Source: Deltaproteobacteria bacterium
GTDB taxonomy: Bacteria; Desulfobacterota_D; UBA1144; Nemesobacterales; UBA2774
Direction: 5' to 3'
Length of the DNA: 64,000 nucleotides
NCBI GenBank assembly: GCA_029262275.1
Contig: JAJCZS010000033.1
Span: 2,350 to 66,349, forward strand
The notes beneath the pieces are model-generated. The model had not been told where the DNA came from, did not search any database, and saw nothing but the letters and a program-made list of their open reading frames with translations. The translations under genes were made by a program, and so were the position numbers. This document shows positions 9,948 through 20,065 of this stretch, in pieces. Every line of letters starts with the position of its first letter. Position 1 is the first letter of the stretch.

Positions 9948-10871
9948 TTGAAATATTTATCCTTCCTAAACAGCTTAGTTACAAATTTCTTTACATTCTG
10001 GATTATTCTTTTCTCAGCAATAGCATACTTACACCCTTCTCACTTTGAGGGTCTTAGGACTCTGATTGTCCCAACGCTTGGGGTAATAATGTTTGGGATG
10101 GGAGTCACTCTAACTGTCTCTGATTTCAAAAGAGTCATCTTAAGACCTAAAGACATAGGTGTGGGAGTTATTACTCAGTACACCCTAATGCCTTTTCTTG
10201 GTTTCGCATTGGCAAAAATGTTTGGATTAGACCCTCTGCTAGCGGCAGGAGTGGTGCTTGTGGGTTCATGTCCGGGTGGTACTTCATCAAATGTAATCAC
10301 TTATCTTGCGCGTGGAGATGTTGCATTTTCTGTAACAATGACCTCTGTCTCTACAATCATTTCTCCTATCATGCTTCCATTTCTTATGTACGTGTATGCC
10401 GGACAGTGGATAGATGTTCCGGTCTTAAAACTATTTATCTCGACTATACAAATAATCCTTCTCCCTGTGGGTTTGGGCTTAATTTTTAGAATGCTGATAA
10501 AAGACAAGATTAAATATGTATTACCCATATTGCCCTCTGTTTCATCAGCCGCGATTATTTTTATAGTAGCGGTTATAGTAGCTGCCAACTCGCAGTCTAT
10601 TGCGACAGTAGGTTTACTGGTTGCTATAGTTGCAATCATTCATAACATTTTAGGTTTTTCTATAGGTTACTGGGTTGCAAGGTTTTTTGGGATGGATGTT
10701 ACTCGGGCGCGTGCAGTATCCATAGAAATAGGAATGCAGAATTCGGGATTAGCCGTTGCACTGGCAAATACTTTTTTTGGAACCCTTGCAGCGCTTCCTG
10801 GAGCTATTTTTAGTGTGTGGATGAACATATCAGGCTCTGCTCTTGCCTGGTGGTGGCGAAGGAGTTCATAA
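9948..10871 (+). CDS. bile acid:sodium symporter (BASS/PanS-like)
   Basis: MFGMG, CPGGTSSN, EIGMQNSGLA. Confidence 0.92.
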   Translation: MKYLSFLNSLVTNFFTFWIILFSAIAYLHPSHFEGLRTLIVPTLGVIMFGMGVTLTVSDFKRVILRPKDIGVGVITQYTLMPFLGFALAKMFGLDPLLAAGVVLVGSCPGGTSSNVITYLARGDVAFSVTMTSVSTIISPIMLPFLMYVYAGQWIDVPVLKLFISTIQIILLPVGLGLIFRMLIKDKIKYVLPILPSVSSAAIIFIVAVIVAANSQSIATVGLLVAIVAIIHNILGFSIGYWVARFFGMDVTRARAVSIEIGMQNSGLAVALANTFFGTLAALPGAIFSVWMNISGSALAWWWRRSS

Positions 10872-10878
10872 CAACTTT

Positions 10879-11802
10879 ATGAATAATTCTGAACAAAATA
10901 AACATAGCGATAAACGCTTTCCAATCGTAGGGTATTTATTCCTGGTAGCTACGGCTTTTTTCACGGCCCTATCCTACGCCTTTGGAAGAGCTTTGGATTT
11001 TAATTTGGACCTTGAGACTGCAACATTCTTCTGGTTCTTCAGCGCATTTATTTGCTCTATTTTCGTTACCCTAGCTGTTCCCTCTCAAAGAGCAGAGGTG
11101 AAAAAATTAAGAAGTTATCTCAAAATTTTCATATACACATCTGTTCTCACATCAATAGGCGCTGCGCTTTGGATTCTGTCGATCAGGACTATAGGAATAC
11201 CGCTTACCTCGTTTCTTATGAAAGCCCAGACACTTTTTTCTCTTTTTTTGGGAATGATCTTTCTTGGAGAAAGGCTTAACAAAGGAGAAAGCGTTGGGAT
11301 TGTAATAACAATCATTGGAGGAGTGATTGTAGCTTATCAAAGAGAATTTGGGCTCCTTGTTGGGACAATAACCGCTCTGGGTGCAGCTTTCTTCTATTCC
11401 TGTATAGCATTTATTGTTAAAAAAGTTGCTCAGGATTTAAACATGCTCATGGTAGCCAACTTGAGGGCTTTGGGAGTTTCCATTGTTATGATCATATTTC
11501 TAGTCATAACTGGAACCTTTGAGATGCCATCAAGTATTCTGGATATTGTCTTTATGGCATTTGGAGGAATTACGGGGGCATATATAGCCAAGGCCAGTCA
11601 GTTCCAAGCAATTAAACTTATCGATGTATCACGCACCACAGCTGTGATGCCTCTGGAATCTCTTTTCGTAGTTCTACTCTCATATTTTATATTTCAAGAA
11701 ATCCCTTCTGTCATAAAACTTTTAGGTGGAGGATTGATTATTACAGGCGTGGTATTTCTTGTGATATTTAGAGGGAAAAAACCAGATGTGATGGATAAAT
11801 AA
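10879..11802 (+). CDS. DMT/EamA family transporter
   Basis: About 10 TM segments in two repeats, FLGERL motif; ATG 10879 chosen over TTG 10843. Confidence 0.85.
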   Translation: MNNSEQNKHSDKRFPIVGYLFLVATAFFTALSYAFGRALDFNLDLETATFFWFFSAFICSIFVTLAVPSQRAEVKKLRSYLKIFIYTSVLTSIGAALWILSIRTIGIPLTSFLMKAQTLFSLFLGMIFLGERLNKGESVGIVITIIGGVIVAYQREFGLLVGTITALGAAFFYSCIAFIVKKVAQDLNMLMVANLRALGVSIVMIIFLVITGTFEMPSSILDIVFMAFGGITGAYIAKASQFQAIKLIDVSRTTAVMPLESLFVVLLSYFIFQEIPSVIKLLGGGLIITGVVFLVIFRGKKPDVMDK

Positions 11803-11805
11803 AGA

Positions 11806-12426
11806 TTATAATATGAGCAGGCTTAGGAATGCATATCCGCTACATGCAAGTATGAAAAGCCCAGTGATTTTGTTGACTAAGAAAACACCCCTTTCTCCCA
11901 TTTTATTTCTATAGTTAGACAAGACATGGCAAGTAATAATCCAGAGAAACATTGCGCCGGAGAATACGCCAAGAACAAGTAAAGCAGTGGAGGGATAACT
12001 TGCTGTGGGATTAACGATTCCTAAAATAGCAAACACTGCTATCACCGATAGAATAACTAAAGGGTTTGAAAGGGTTAACAACAAAGCTGATCCAAATGCG
12101 CCGAAGTGATTTACTTCATTTTCCTGTCCAGAGCAATCTCTTGGTTCAGAAAGATATACCCTGAACCCAAAATAGAGAAGTATAACGCCGCCTACAATCT
12201 TAATCCAAGCCTCTTTTTCATCTAAGAATGCTGTAATAAATGTGAGACCAAATGCTGCAAGAATAGCAAAAATGGAATCTCCAACAGCTGCACCAAACCC
12301 TGATATAATTCCAGAGAACCGTCCGTTGTTCATCGTTCGCTGAACACAAAGTGCTCCTACTGGACCTATGGGGGCAGAGATGATTAATCCAACTAAGAAA
12401 CCTTTAAAGAATAACGATATGTCCAT
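11806..12426 (-). CDS. LysE family translocator
   Basis: APIGPVGALCVQRT, GAAVGD, LTLSNP. Confidence 0.9.
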   Translation of the reverse strand: MDISLFFKGFLVGLIISAPIGPVGALCVQRTMNNGRFSGIISGFGAAVGDSIFAILAAFGLTFITAFLDEKEAWIKIVGGVILLYFGFRVYLSEPRDCSGQENEVNHFGAFGSALLLTLSNPLVILSVIAVFAILGIVNPTASYPSTALLVLGVFSGAMFLWIITCHVLSNYRNKMGERGVFLVNKITGLFILACSGYAFLSLLIL

Positions 12427-12456
12427 GATGATTGTTTGAATGTTTACCTGTGAGAG

Positions 12457-12747
12457 TCAGTCCTCTTCTACACCTTCGCCAAATCCGCTTTCTATAAGCT
12501 CTTGGATTCCCTTAAGGGCTTTCTCAGCGTCACTACCTCTAGTGACAACCTGAAGCTCACTCCCTTTTATGGCAGCCAGTGAGAGTACTCCTAATATGCT
12601 TTTCCCGTTGACCTTGTATCCGTCCTTAATAAGTTTCACATCACTTTGGTACTTTGAGGAGGTTCTGACAAATACAGCAGCGGCTCTGGCATGGAGGCCT
12701 AATTTGTTTCTGATTTTTAAAACTTTACTGTGATCTTTATCCGGCAT
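12457..12747 (-). CDS. ptsH: HPr family phosphocarrier
   Basis: GLHARAAA (His15) and NGKSILG (Ser46). Confidence 0.93.
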   Translation of the reverse strand: MPDKDHSKVLKIRNKLGLHARAAAVFVRTSSKYQSDVKLIKDGYKVNGKSILGVLSLAAIKGSELQVVTRGSDAEKALKGIQELIESGFGEGVEED

Positions 12748-12841
12748 TTAATCGAATCCCCTATCTCCTTAGGAAATCTTAACTCTAACTATTTAGGAAC
12801 ATAAATATTACACTCTAAGATTTTATTATAAGTTTGAGATA

Positions 12842-13651
12842 TTATTTTTCAACTTTAGTGGTTTTATCAGGTGGTGTAAAGAGCTTTCTGTTAACTTCTT
12901 CATTCAGTTCAAGATCTTCCTCATAGAAAATAGAGATCGATAGCCCTTCTGAGGTGAAATCTATCGTTTGTGGAAAGTAGAAGCCTTCTATCAAGTTATC
13001 AAAATACTCATATTCCACCTTAGCCCTTGTGCCTTGTACGAGGCTAAACTCGGCTCTCTCTACTCTGAAATTTTGGCTATTTACCCACAGATAATCTGGA
13101 GAGTTAGAATTTGAAGAAGCAAAAGTTAACTTTATGAGTCCCCCTTCTGCACTTACTTTTGGACTGGATTTCATATCGTAGGTATTTTCAGGAAGTCGTC
13201 CTAAAATAAGATTCACCAGATTGTTTGCAGTGATTTTTAGGTTTAGTCCTGGATAGACATATGCTAGGTTGAATTCAGTATTAGAATCATAAATAGCCCT
13301 CTCAGATTGAGAGATAATATAAATATTATTACCATCAGAAGATATAAAGCCAACAGTTTTTCCAAAAGGATTTAGAGCTTCGAGTCTTAATAGATCTGGT
13401 CTTTTTGCAATAGTAACCTGGGTGTAGGAAATCTTGCTGTCGGGAGTTTTGATTTTTACTTTTGCAAGCCCTTTGAGCGACTTGATGGCATTCTCAAATA
13501 GAGAGACTCTCTCTAGAATTGCGGCAGTATTTTGACTCTCAATATCTGACACCTCTTTTTTTGGGGTGCATGAAAATAAGGGCAGTATAAGAATTATAAA
13601 AATTAGAGGTTTTAATAGTCGATTATTATTCACTTTAGCTTTGAGTACCAA
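12842..13651 (-). CDS. LolB-like / DUF4292-like lipoprotein
   Basis: Lipobox LFSC; RPDLLRLEALNPFG LolA/LolB-fold pattern; follows the TPR lipoprotein. Confidence 0.6.
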   Translation of the reverse strand: MVLKAKVNNNRLLKPLIFIILILPLFSCTPKKEVSDIESQNTAAILERVSLFENAIKSLKGLAKVKIKTPDSKISYTQVTIAKRPDLLRLEALNPFGKTVGFISSDGNNIYIISQSERAIYDSNTEFNLAYVYPGLNLKITANNLVNLILGRLPENTYDMKSSPKVSAEGGLIKLTFASSNSNSPDYLWVNSQNFRVERAEFSLVQGTRAKVEYEYFDNLIEGFYFPQTIDFTSEGLSISIFYEEDLELNEEVNRKLFTPPDKTTKVEK

Positions 13652-15419
13652 CCTTTTTTCTTAAATCATTTGTTTTTTTATAGAGACTTTCTTTTAACTT
13701 AGGCTCAACATTATCGGGATCTCGTTCCATTAGCACCACACCCCTTTCATAGTACTCAAGGGCTTTTTTTAAATCTCCTTTTTTAAAATATACATCCCCT
13801 AAATGATCCATTATTGCTGGATCATCGGGTTGAAGTGCAGCAGCTCTGTTTAGAAACTCTAGAGCCTTGTCATATTGTCCCCTTTGATAATAAACCCAGC
13901 CTAAGCTATCTAAAATATAGCCTTTATTAGGCGAAATCTCGAGAGCTCTTGTAATTAAAGCTTGTGCTTCATCAAGATTCTCACCCTTCTCAGCATATGT
14001 ATATCCAACAAAATTCAGCGCATCAGCATTGTTAGGATCTACTTGTATAAGTCTTTTCATAATATCAATAGATTCGTATGTTTGATCGTTTAGGTAGTAA
14101 ACCACACCTAGTGAATAGAGAATTGTTTTACTTTTGGGATTGGCTTCCAAAAATGTATTGTAGAGAGAGACTGTATCTTGTACTCTGTCGAGATTTCTAT
14201 AAACTCTGCCAAGGTAATTTACTACAATTTCGTTATTAGGATCGTTTTTATATGCCTGCTCCATAAGCTTAAGCGATCCATCCATATCACCTTTCTTCTC
14301 AAGTATAAAAGCTTTCTGAACACGACTCTCGTTATAGAACTCCCCATCAACACCAATTGAATCTAGCAGATTTAGCGCCTCTGGGTAGTTGCCGATCTCT
14401 ATATAGGATAATGCCAGATAATATTTAGCCTTTTCATCATTAGGGTTTCCTAGCAATATGAGCTGAAATTCTTCTATAGCTTTTTCAAACTGCTTGTCTT
14501 CAATATATAGAAGACCGAGTCTTAGCTTTAAATCAGGATTTTGGAAATCTAGACTTTCAGCTTTTTCAAACTGCTGTTTTGCATCTTCTTTCCTATTTAA
14601 CCTAAAGAGGAAATTGCCATATCTTACATATGTATCCAAGGTATTTGGATAAAGAGTTATAATAGATTTATATATATTCTCAGATTCTTGATATCTCCCC
14701 TGTCTCTCGTATACAAGGGCAAGCTCTATCAATGCTGAAACAAAGTTTGGGTTTAGTTTTAGGGACTCGTTATATAGCTCTTCCGCTTTAGCATAATCCC
14801 CTTTTTCATAATAGAGTCTGGCTAAAAAGAAAAAGCCTCTTTCGTTCTCAGGGTAAAGCTCTGTAATTTTTTTAAAATGCTTCTCTGCAGCCCCATAATT
14901 GCCTGCCTCAGTTTCTATAATTCCTAAAAATAATAGTGATTCGGCATCTCCAGGATTTAGCTCAACAGCCCGTTTAAGCACTATTACAGATTTTTTCTTG
15001 TGTTCAGGATCTTGTGAAGACGCATATATCTTTCCAAGCAATGTAAAGGAGGGGCCGAAATCAGGGTTTAATTCAATAGACTTCTCCAACTTATCTAGTG
15101 CCTCGTTTACCTTTCCTGCTGAAATATACATCAACGCTAGATTGTATTTTATATATGCCGAATCCGGATCATAACTCTCTGCTATCTCAAGTTCCGAAAT
15201 TGATCCAGCAAAGTTTTTGTTGAGCAAATGAAGCCTTGAAACACTAAAATGATAGTATGCCTTGTCCTTAGGCTCCAGATCGTTCTCTGTAAACGTATCC
15301 GCCTCTATATCAGTAGATGGGTTCTTTGGTCCACATGCTGATAGGGCAAATAACATCATGCCTATAAGCACAAAGAATATAAAATTAAATTTTTTAGCTC
15401 TGGTTATTTTAGGACGCAT
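13635..15419 (-). CDS. tetratricopeptide repeat lipoprotein
   Basis: Lipobox LSAC; many TPRs; C-terminal ALNFVGY...YILDSLGWVYY...HLGDVY as in LbcA-type proteins. Confidence 0.88.
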   Translation of the reverse strand: MRPKITRAKKFNFIFFVLIGMMLFALSACGPKNPSTDIEADTFTENDLEPKDKAYYHFSVSRLHLLNKNFAGSISELEIAESYDPDSAYIKYNLALMYISAGKVNEALDKLEKSIELNPDFGPSFTLLGKIYASSQDPEHKKKSVIVLKRAVELNPGDAESLLFLGIIETEAGNYGAAEKHFKKITELYPENERGFFFLARLYYEKGDYAKAEELYNESLKLNPNFVSALIELALVYERQGRYQESENIYKSIITLYPNTLDTYVRYGNFLFRLNRKEDAKQQFEKAESLDFQNPDLKLRLGLLYIEDKQFEKAIEEFQLILLGNPNDEKAKYYLALSYIEIGNYPEALNLLDSIGVDGEFYNESRVQKAFILEKKGDMDGSLKLMEQAYKNDPNNEIVVNYLGRVYRNLDRVQDTVSLYNTFLEANPKSKTILYSLGVVYYLNDQTYESIDIMKRLIQVDPNNADALNFVGYTYAEKGENLDEAQALITRALEISPNKGYILDSLGWVYYQRGQYDKALEFLNRAAALQPDDPAIMDHLGDVYFKKGDLKKALEYYERGVVLMERDPDNVEPKLKESLYKKTNDLRKKVGTQS

Positions 15420-16839
15420 CAATAATCTCAATATTTAGTTTACCCACTACTTTTAATATCTCTCCACTTTTTGCCAAATTACCTTCAATTAATTTTATAT
15501 GTGTAGCATCTGCTGGAAATTGCCCATAGGTTGAATCAACCGCCACCCACTCACCTAAGAACACCTCGTTCCAGGCATGGTAATAAAAACTATCTTTATA
15601 ATACATAGTCCCAAGAACTGTTTTGGTTGGTATTCCTGCAGCTCTAGACATCGCTGAGAACAAAGCCGCATGTTCATTGCAGTCACCAACTCTTGTTTTC
15701 AAAACATCTTTTGCATTTGGAAGGCTCACCGTAGGGGATTTTTTAAGATTTTTATATATCCAATTGTTAATCTTTTTAGATGCCTTAGCTGGATCCTTTT
15801 CACCATTTAAGACTTTTTTTGTTATAGCTACTATATCTTTATCATCACTTTGAATAAGAAAATCAGCCTGAGTTAGCTCCTTATACTCTGCTAAATCATA
15901 TGGCAATGCATATGAGCTTTCATACATATCGGATTTGTTAGGTCTTATTTCCACAATCTGCCCGTTAACAGTTTGTCTGTATCCATCATCTATATCAAAG
16001 TCTTTTGTATTAATGCCTTCAAGTTTTATCTTAAGATAGCTCAATTCTCTAGGATCATCAATTTTAATATTAGCAGGGATAGAAGTTTTATTAATAATAT
16101 TAAAACTTGAGTTCTTTTTGCTTAATATGTTTTTTTTGGATTCCCTTTTTGCAATAAGCCCAGGGGGAAATTCCTGCTTTATAACTTCACCTCTCTTAGT
16201 TATCCAAGAGGTTGACCTGGATCCCTGGAAGTCTGAAAAAACTTTGTATGTGTCAAATTTTCCCAGTGCAATCTCTATTAGTTCTTCCCCTTCAATGGTG
16301 TTTGTGGATACTGGATCATCCATTCCCATGAGTATAGATAGAGGTTCAAACAAAGGAATATCAAACTTCTCTCCATTGGTAAGTTTATTTTCAGTCAACA
16401 ATTTTGGGATAAGAGTGGGCAGAATGAGTTCTTTTTTTATAGGAAGGCTGCGCTCCGTTTTGCCTGAGACTGTGTCTAGAGTGATTACGAGATTATCGGC
16501 CTTCCTTTTTCCAAAGGCTTGTAAGTTAATAGAATCAGATCTCATTTCATATTCGAAAGATAGAATTTTGTATCCCTCAAGCATGTATGATCCTTCAGTA
16601 TAGACTTCGGTGTCTTTCCCAAGAAGATTAATTTTCAGGTTTGTAAATTCTTTTACTTCTGTAAATTCACCAGATTTTATTATGGAATTATACGAATACC
16701 CAACTCTCTTATCATCAGAATATATACCCATCCATGATTCTTGCTTAGTGCCGTTTTGTACTAGGGGTTCTGATACAGAGAAGTTAAGTGGCAGAACGAA
16801 TAGAATGGTAAGAACTAATAGCGTCTTAAATACCCTCAT
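15409..16839 (-). CDS. secreted transglutaminase-like domain protein
   Basis: Signal peptide; Cys-His-Asp triad in GDCNEHA, YHAWNE, VAVDST. Confidence 0.88.
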   Translation of the reverse strand: MRVFKTLLVLTILFVLPLNFSVSEPLVQNGTKQESWMGIYSDDKRVGYSYNSIIKSGEFTEVKEFTNLKINLLGKDTEVYTEGSYMLEGYKILSFEYEMRSDSINLQAFGKRKADNLVITLDTVSGKTERSLPIKKELILPTLIPKLLTENKLTNGEKFDIPLFEPLSILMGMDDPVSTNTIEGEELIEIALGKFDTYKVFSDFQGSRSTSWITKRGEVIKQEFPPGLIAKRESKKNILSKKNSSFNIINKTSIPANIKIDDPRELSYLKIKLEGINTKDFDIDDGYRQTVNGQIVEIRPNKSDMYESSYALPYDLAEYKELTQADFLIQSDDKDIVAITKKVLNGEKDPAKASKKINNWIYKNLKKSPTVSLPNAKDVLKTRVGDCNEHAALFSAMSRAAGIPTKTVLGTMYYKDSFYYHAWNEVFLGEWVAVDSTYGQFPADATHIKLIEGNLAKSGEILKVVGKLNIEIIDAS

Positions 16840-16976
16840 GCATGAATAATCTACATCTGTTTCATTTCACACTCAAGCTAAATCTTAATCTGACCTCTTT
16901 TGGCACCATATAACACCTAATACCAAAAGAAGATGGTACTTTTGTTAAATACAGGTAGTTTTAATAGTGAATTTGA

Positions 16977-17005
16977 TTGACACATATTAGCTTGCGAGGT
17001 TTAAT
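16977..17005 (+). promoter_or_regulatory. sigma70-type promoter of mqnC (near-leaderless)
   Basis: TTGACA-N17-TTTAAT, 8 nt before the ATG, no SD. Confidence 0.6.
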
Positions 17006-17013
17006 AAAAAATC

Positions 17014-18090
17014 ATGAGTGTAGAAGAAATATATGGGAAAGTGTTAGGTTCTGAGCGAATTACTTCTGAGGAAGCTTTAGCTCTTCTAAAAGATGCAGAT
17101 ACTATAAAAATGGGAGCATTGGCTGATTCTGTGAGAAGAAAATTTCATCCAGACGGAACAGTTACATTCGTTGCCGATACGAACCCTAATTACACAAATG
17201 TATGCGATACAGAATGTCTCTTTTGTGCATTTTGGAGACCACCTAATGCATCAGATGCATATACTCTAAGCGTTGATAAAGTAATAGATGTTATGCGCAC
17301 CTCGTACCACAACGGTGCTACTACCGTATTACTTCAAGGCGGCCATAATCCTGAGATAGATTTAGATTACTATCTGGAAATTGTAAGAAGAACCAAAGTG
17401 GAGATTCCTGATCTTCATCTTCATGCATTTTCTGCCCCGGAAGTAAGCGCAATTGCAAAATATACAGGAATTAGCACTCAAGATGTACTACAACAGCTTT
17501 GGGATGCAGGGCTTAGAACCATACCGGGAGGCGGAGCCGAGGTTCTTTCAAACAGTGTTCGAAAAAAAATCAGCCCTCTTAAGATAAATGCTGATGAATG
17601 GATGAAAGTGACTAGAGAGGCCCATCTTATAGGGTTTAAAACCACTGCTACCATGATGTTTGGACATTTTGAAGAAGACGAACACATAATTGAACATCTC
17701 GATAGAATAAGAGAGCTACAGGATGAAACCGGCAATTTTCTTGCATTTATTCCATGGACATTTAAACCTAAAAACACTTTTTTAGAGCGAAAGTTATCGA
17801 CCGAGGTTGGAGGGGATAGATATTTGCGCGTACTTGCGCTATCAAGGATTTATCTAGATAACTTCAAACACATACAGGGCTCCTGGTTCACTCAAGGGAA
17901 CAAAGTCGGCACAATTTCTATGTACTATGGGGCAAGTGACCTTGGTGGTACATTGTTTGATGAAAACGTGCTCACTTGTGCAGAGAACAAATATCGCTCA
18001 AGTCTAGAGGAACTTGTTCAGATGATTAAATCCGCAGGGTTTAAGCCAGCTCAAAGAAATACTTATTATGAAGTACTGAACCGTTTTTAG
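17014..18090 (+). CDS. mqnC: cyclic dehypoxanthine futalosine synthase (radical SAM, CofH/MqnC family)
   Basis: NYTNVCDTECLFCAF, LLQGGHNP, IPGGGAEVL, TTATMMFGH, AFIPWTF. Confidence 0.85.
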   Translation: MSVEEIYGKVLGSERITSEEALALLKDADTIKMGALADSVRRKFHPDGTVTFVADTNPNYTNVCDTECLFCAFWRPPNASDAYTLSVDKVIDVMRTSYHNGATTVLLQGGHNPEIDLDYYLEIVRRTKVEIPDLHLHAFSAPEVSAIAKYTGISTQDVLQQLWDAGLRTIPGGGAEVLSNSVRKKISPLKINADEWMKVTREAHLIGFKTTATMMFGHFEEDEHIIEHLDRIRELQDETGNFLAFIPWTFKPKNTFLERKLSTEVGGDRYLRVLALSRIYLDNFKHIQGSWFTQGNKVGTISMYYGASDLGGTLFDENVLTCAENKYRSSLEELVQMIKSAGFKPAQRNTYYEVLNRF

Positions 18091-18101
18091 AAATCTGGTT
18101 A

Positions 18102-18494
18102 TTACTTATCCAATTCTTTAAAACTTAGAATTTTCACTCTCCAAGAATTTCCACTGAAATCCAAAAGACATTCCAAGCTCGAGAAATACATCAAAATAAA
18201 GTCGAAGAACTCATAAGCAGAGCTTGTGTAGATAGTGGACTTAGTAAAATCTAGAATATTAATTGAATTAAGCGATTGGTACTCTGATGACGAGAGCTCA
18301 AAGTCTATCCCGCCCTCCTCTATTTCAGCTTCATTACTATTTTGCTGAATATTTATATTGCCCTGTGTATCATGAGTTGATATGGAAAAACATAGAGGCA
18401 TTTTCTCCTCATCTATAAGTCGGGAGGCTAGAAATTCATCTAGCTCTGATAAATGCACTGTATTTTGGTCACCAATTTTTTCACTCATCAACAA
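18102..18494 (-). CDS. hypothetical protein
   Basis: 130-aa acidic ORF filling the gap; no motif recognised. Confidence 0.55.
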   Translation of the reverse strand: MLMSEKIGDQNTVHLSELDEFLASRLIDEEKMPLCFSISTHDTQGNINIQQNSNEAEIEEGGIDFELSSSEYQSLNSINILDFTKSTIYTSSAYEFFDFILMYFSSLECLLDFSGNSWRVKILSFKELDK

Positions 18495-18542
18495 GATATG
18501 ATATCCGAGCCCTTAGTTAAATAAAGGCCCGGATATTTAGAA

Positions 18543-19907
18543 TTAGTGTTTAGAGAATCTGTTTCTTTGTGAAGTTGGTATGTTTCTGGTTTTTGCTTTA
18601 TATGAATTTGTTTGTGGAATCTGGTTCCTATTAGTAAAAGATTTATTGTGGGTATTTGAATAACTTTTTTTGTTAGACTTTTTTGTTGATTGATATTTTG
18701 AACTTTTTGCTGGCTTACTCTTTTGTTTATATTGGGACTTGTTGTATTTTTGAGAGTTCTTCTGTCTAGTAGTATAGGTATTTTTAGGCTCTTGCTTGTT
18801 AATGTTTCCCTTTATATTCTGAGTTCCTAATTTAGTGGAATTCTTATAGCTCCTTTGTTGCTTGTTTGTATAACCATATTTGTTGTACTCACTTTTTTGT
18901 TGATCTAATCCCTTTTTGTCACCTCCTCTATAATTTTGAGCTGCATTTGAGGAATTTAGCTTTTTGTTCGGAACATTAGGAGAATACTTGTTAGGACCAT
19001 TATATCTTGAGCCATTTTTGATGTCTGAACCTCTGTTTGTTGTAAATGGGTCTTTACTGACTCTATCTACTTTGGGCCTATATCCACTATATGATTTACC
19101 CTTTACATGGTTGATGTTCTGCTTGCCTCTTAGCTCTATTGCGTGATTGCGGTCTATTTTATGTCGAACAAGCTTTCTATTAGAACGTTTTTCAATTGCA
19201 TATTTGTTTGGTCCGTAGTTATAAACTTTGTTATTCACGCGTTTGATATTAGTAACTTGTCTTGTATTTCGAATATCTCTTGCGTACTTAGGAGGCACCA
19301 CTTCGCTTGCTACGTGCTTGTGATCGCCAAATTTATGATAAGGCATATAGACAGAATGTTTTGCAGGGGGCTTATAGTGGTGAGGATTATGATAATAGTC
19401 GTGGTAATAACGATGCTTTTTATGATGATGCTTATAGCGGTAAGGCTTGTAGTAGGATTTATATGAGTTGAAAACAAATCCGATCTCAATAAAGAATCCT
19501 CTATCAGGAGGTAAAGGGGACCAGCCTATGTACTCAGGACTCTCTTGCCAGCTTACCCATGCCGGTGCCCAAGTAGTGCCTGGGATCCAAATCCACCCAG
19601 AGTATTCATCATAGACCCATCTTCCGTAATGATATGTTGCCCATCCCCACGGCTCGTATGATATCCATAGCCATCCCTGATCTGACCACTCCCATCTTCC
19701 ATCTGTATAGGGTTTCCACTGAGGGCCAACATCGTAGGGCTGCCATATATAGCCAAATTCTGGATGTGGTGACCAGTCACCGTGTGGGGAGAGTTTCTCG
19801 TAAAACAAATCAATACTTACTCCAGTCTGGGCCTGAGCACGGTGTTCTATAACTACACCAAATAAAATTGTAAAAATTATTCCTATTGCAGCTATTTTCA
19901 ATCTCAT
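18543..19907 (-). CDS. secreted DUF6600-like protein with basic low-complexity tail
   Basis: Signal peptide (AQA); W/G/P-rich domain (PWGWATYHYGRW, WIPGTTWAPAWVSW); SD AGGAGA before ATG 19907. Confidence 0.8.
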   Translation of the reverse strand: MRLKIAAIGIIFTILFGVVIEHRAQAQTGVSIDLFYEKLSPHGDWSPHPEFGYIWQPYDVGPQWKPYTDGRWEWSDQGWLWISYEPWGWATYHYGRWVYDEYSGWIWIPGTTWAPAWVSWQESPEYIGWSPLPPDRGFFIEIGFVFNSYKSYYKPYRYKHHHKKHRYYHDYYHNPHHYKPPAKHSVYMPYHKFGDHKHVASEVVPPKYARDIRNTRQVTNIKRVNNKVYNYGPNKYAIEKRSNRKLVRHKIDRNHAIELRGKQNINHVKGKSYSGYRPKVDRVSKDPFTTNRGSDIKNGSRYNGPNKYSPNVPNKKLNSSNAAQNYRGGDKKGLDQQKSEYNKYGYTNKQQRSYKNSTKLGTQNIKGNINKQEPKNTYTTRQKNSQKYNKSQYKQKSKPAKSSKYQSTKKSNKKSYSNTHNKSFTNRNQIPQTNSYKAKTRNIPTSQRNRFSKH

Positions 19908-20065
19908 TGCTTCTCTCCTTATCATGCTCACAGAGGAATATTTTTTGTCTGACCTGTGAGGGAACCTTTACAGTATTAAACTGGTGTTAAGGCAATATGG
20001 TTTCATTAATTTTTGATGGGTATCTTCTTTTCAGAAGATTTTTGGAGAGTGGGGATAAATTTTAT

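Noticed and set aside
12457-12747. Orphan HPr as a novelty
   Set aside because: Dispersed regulatory PTS genes are common.
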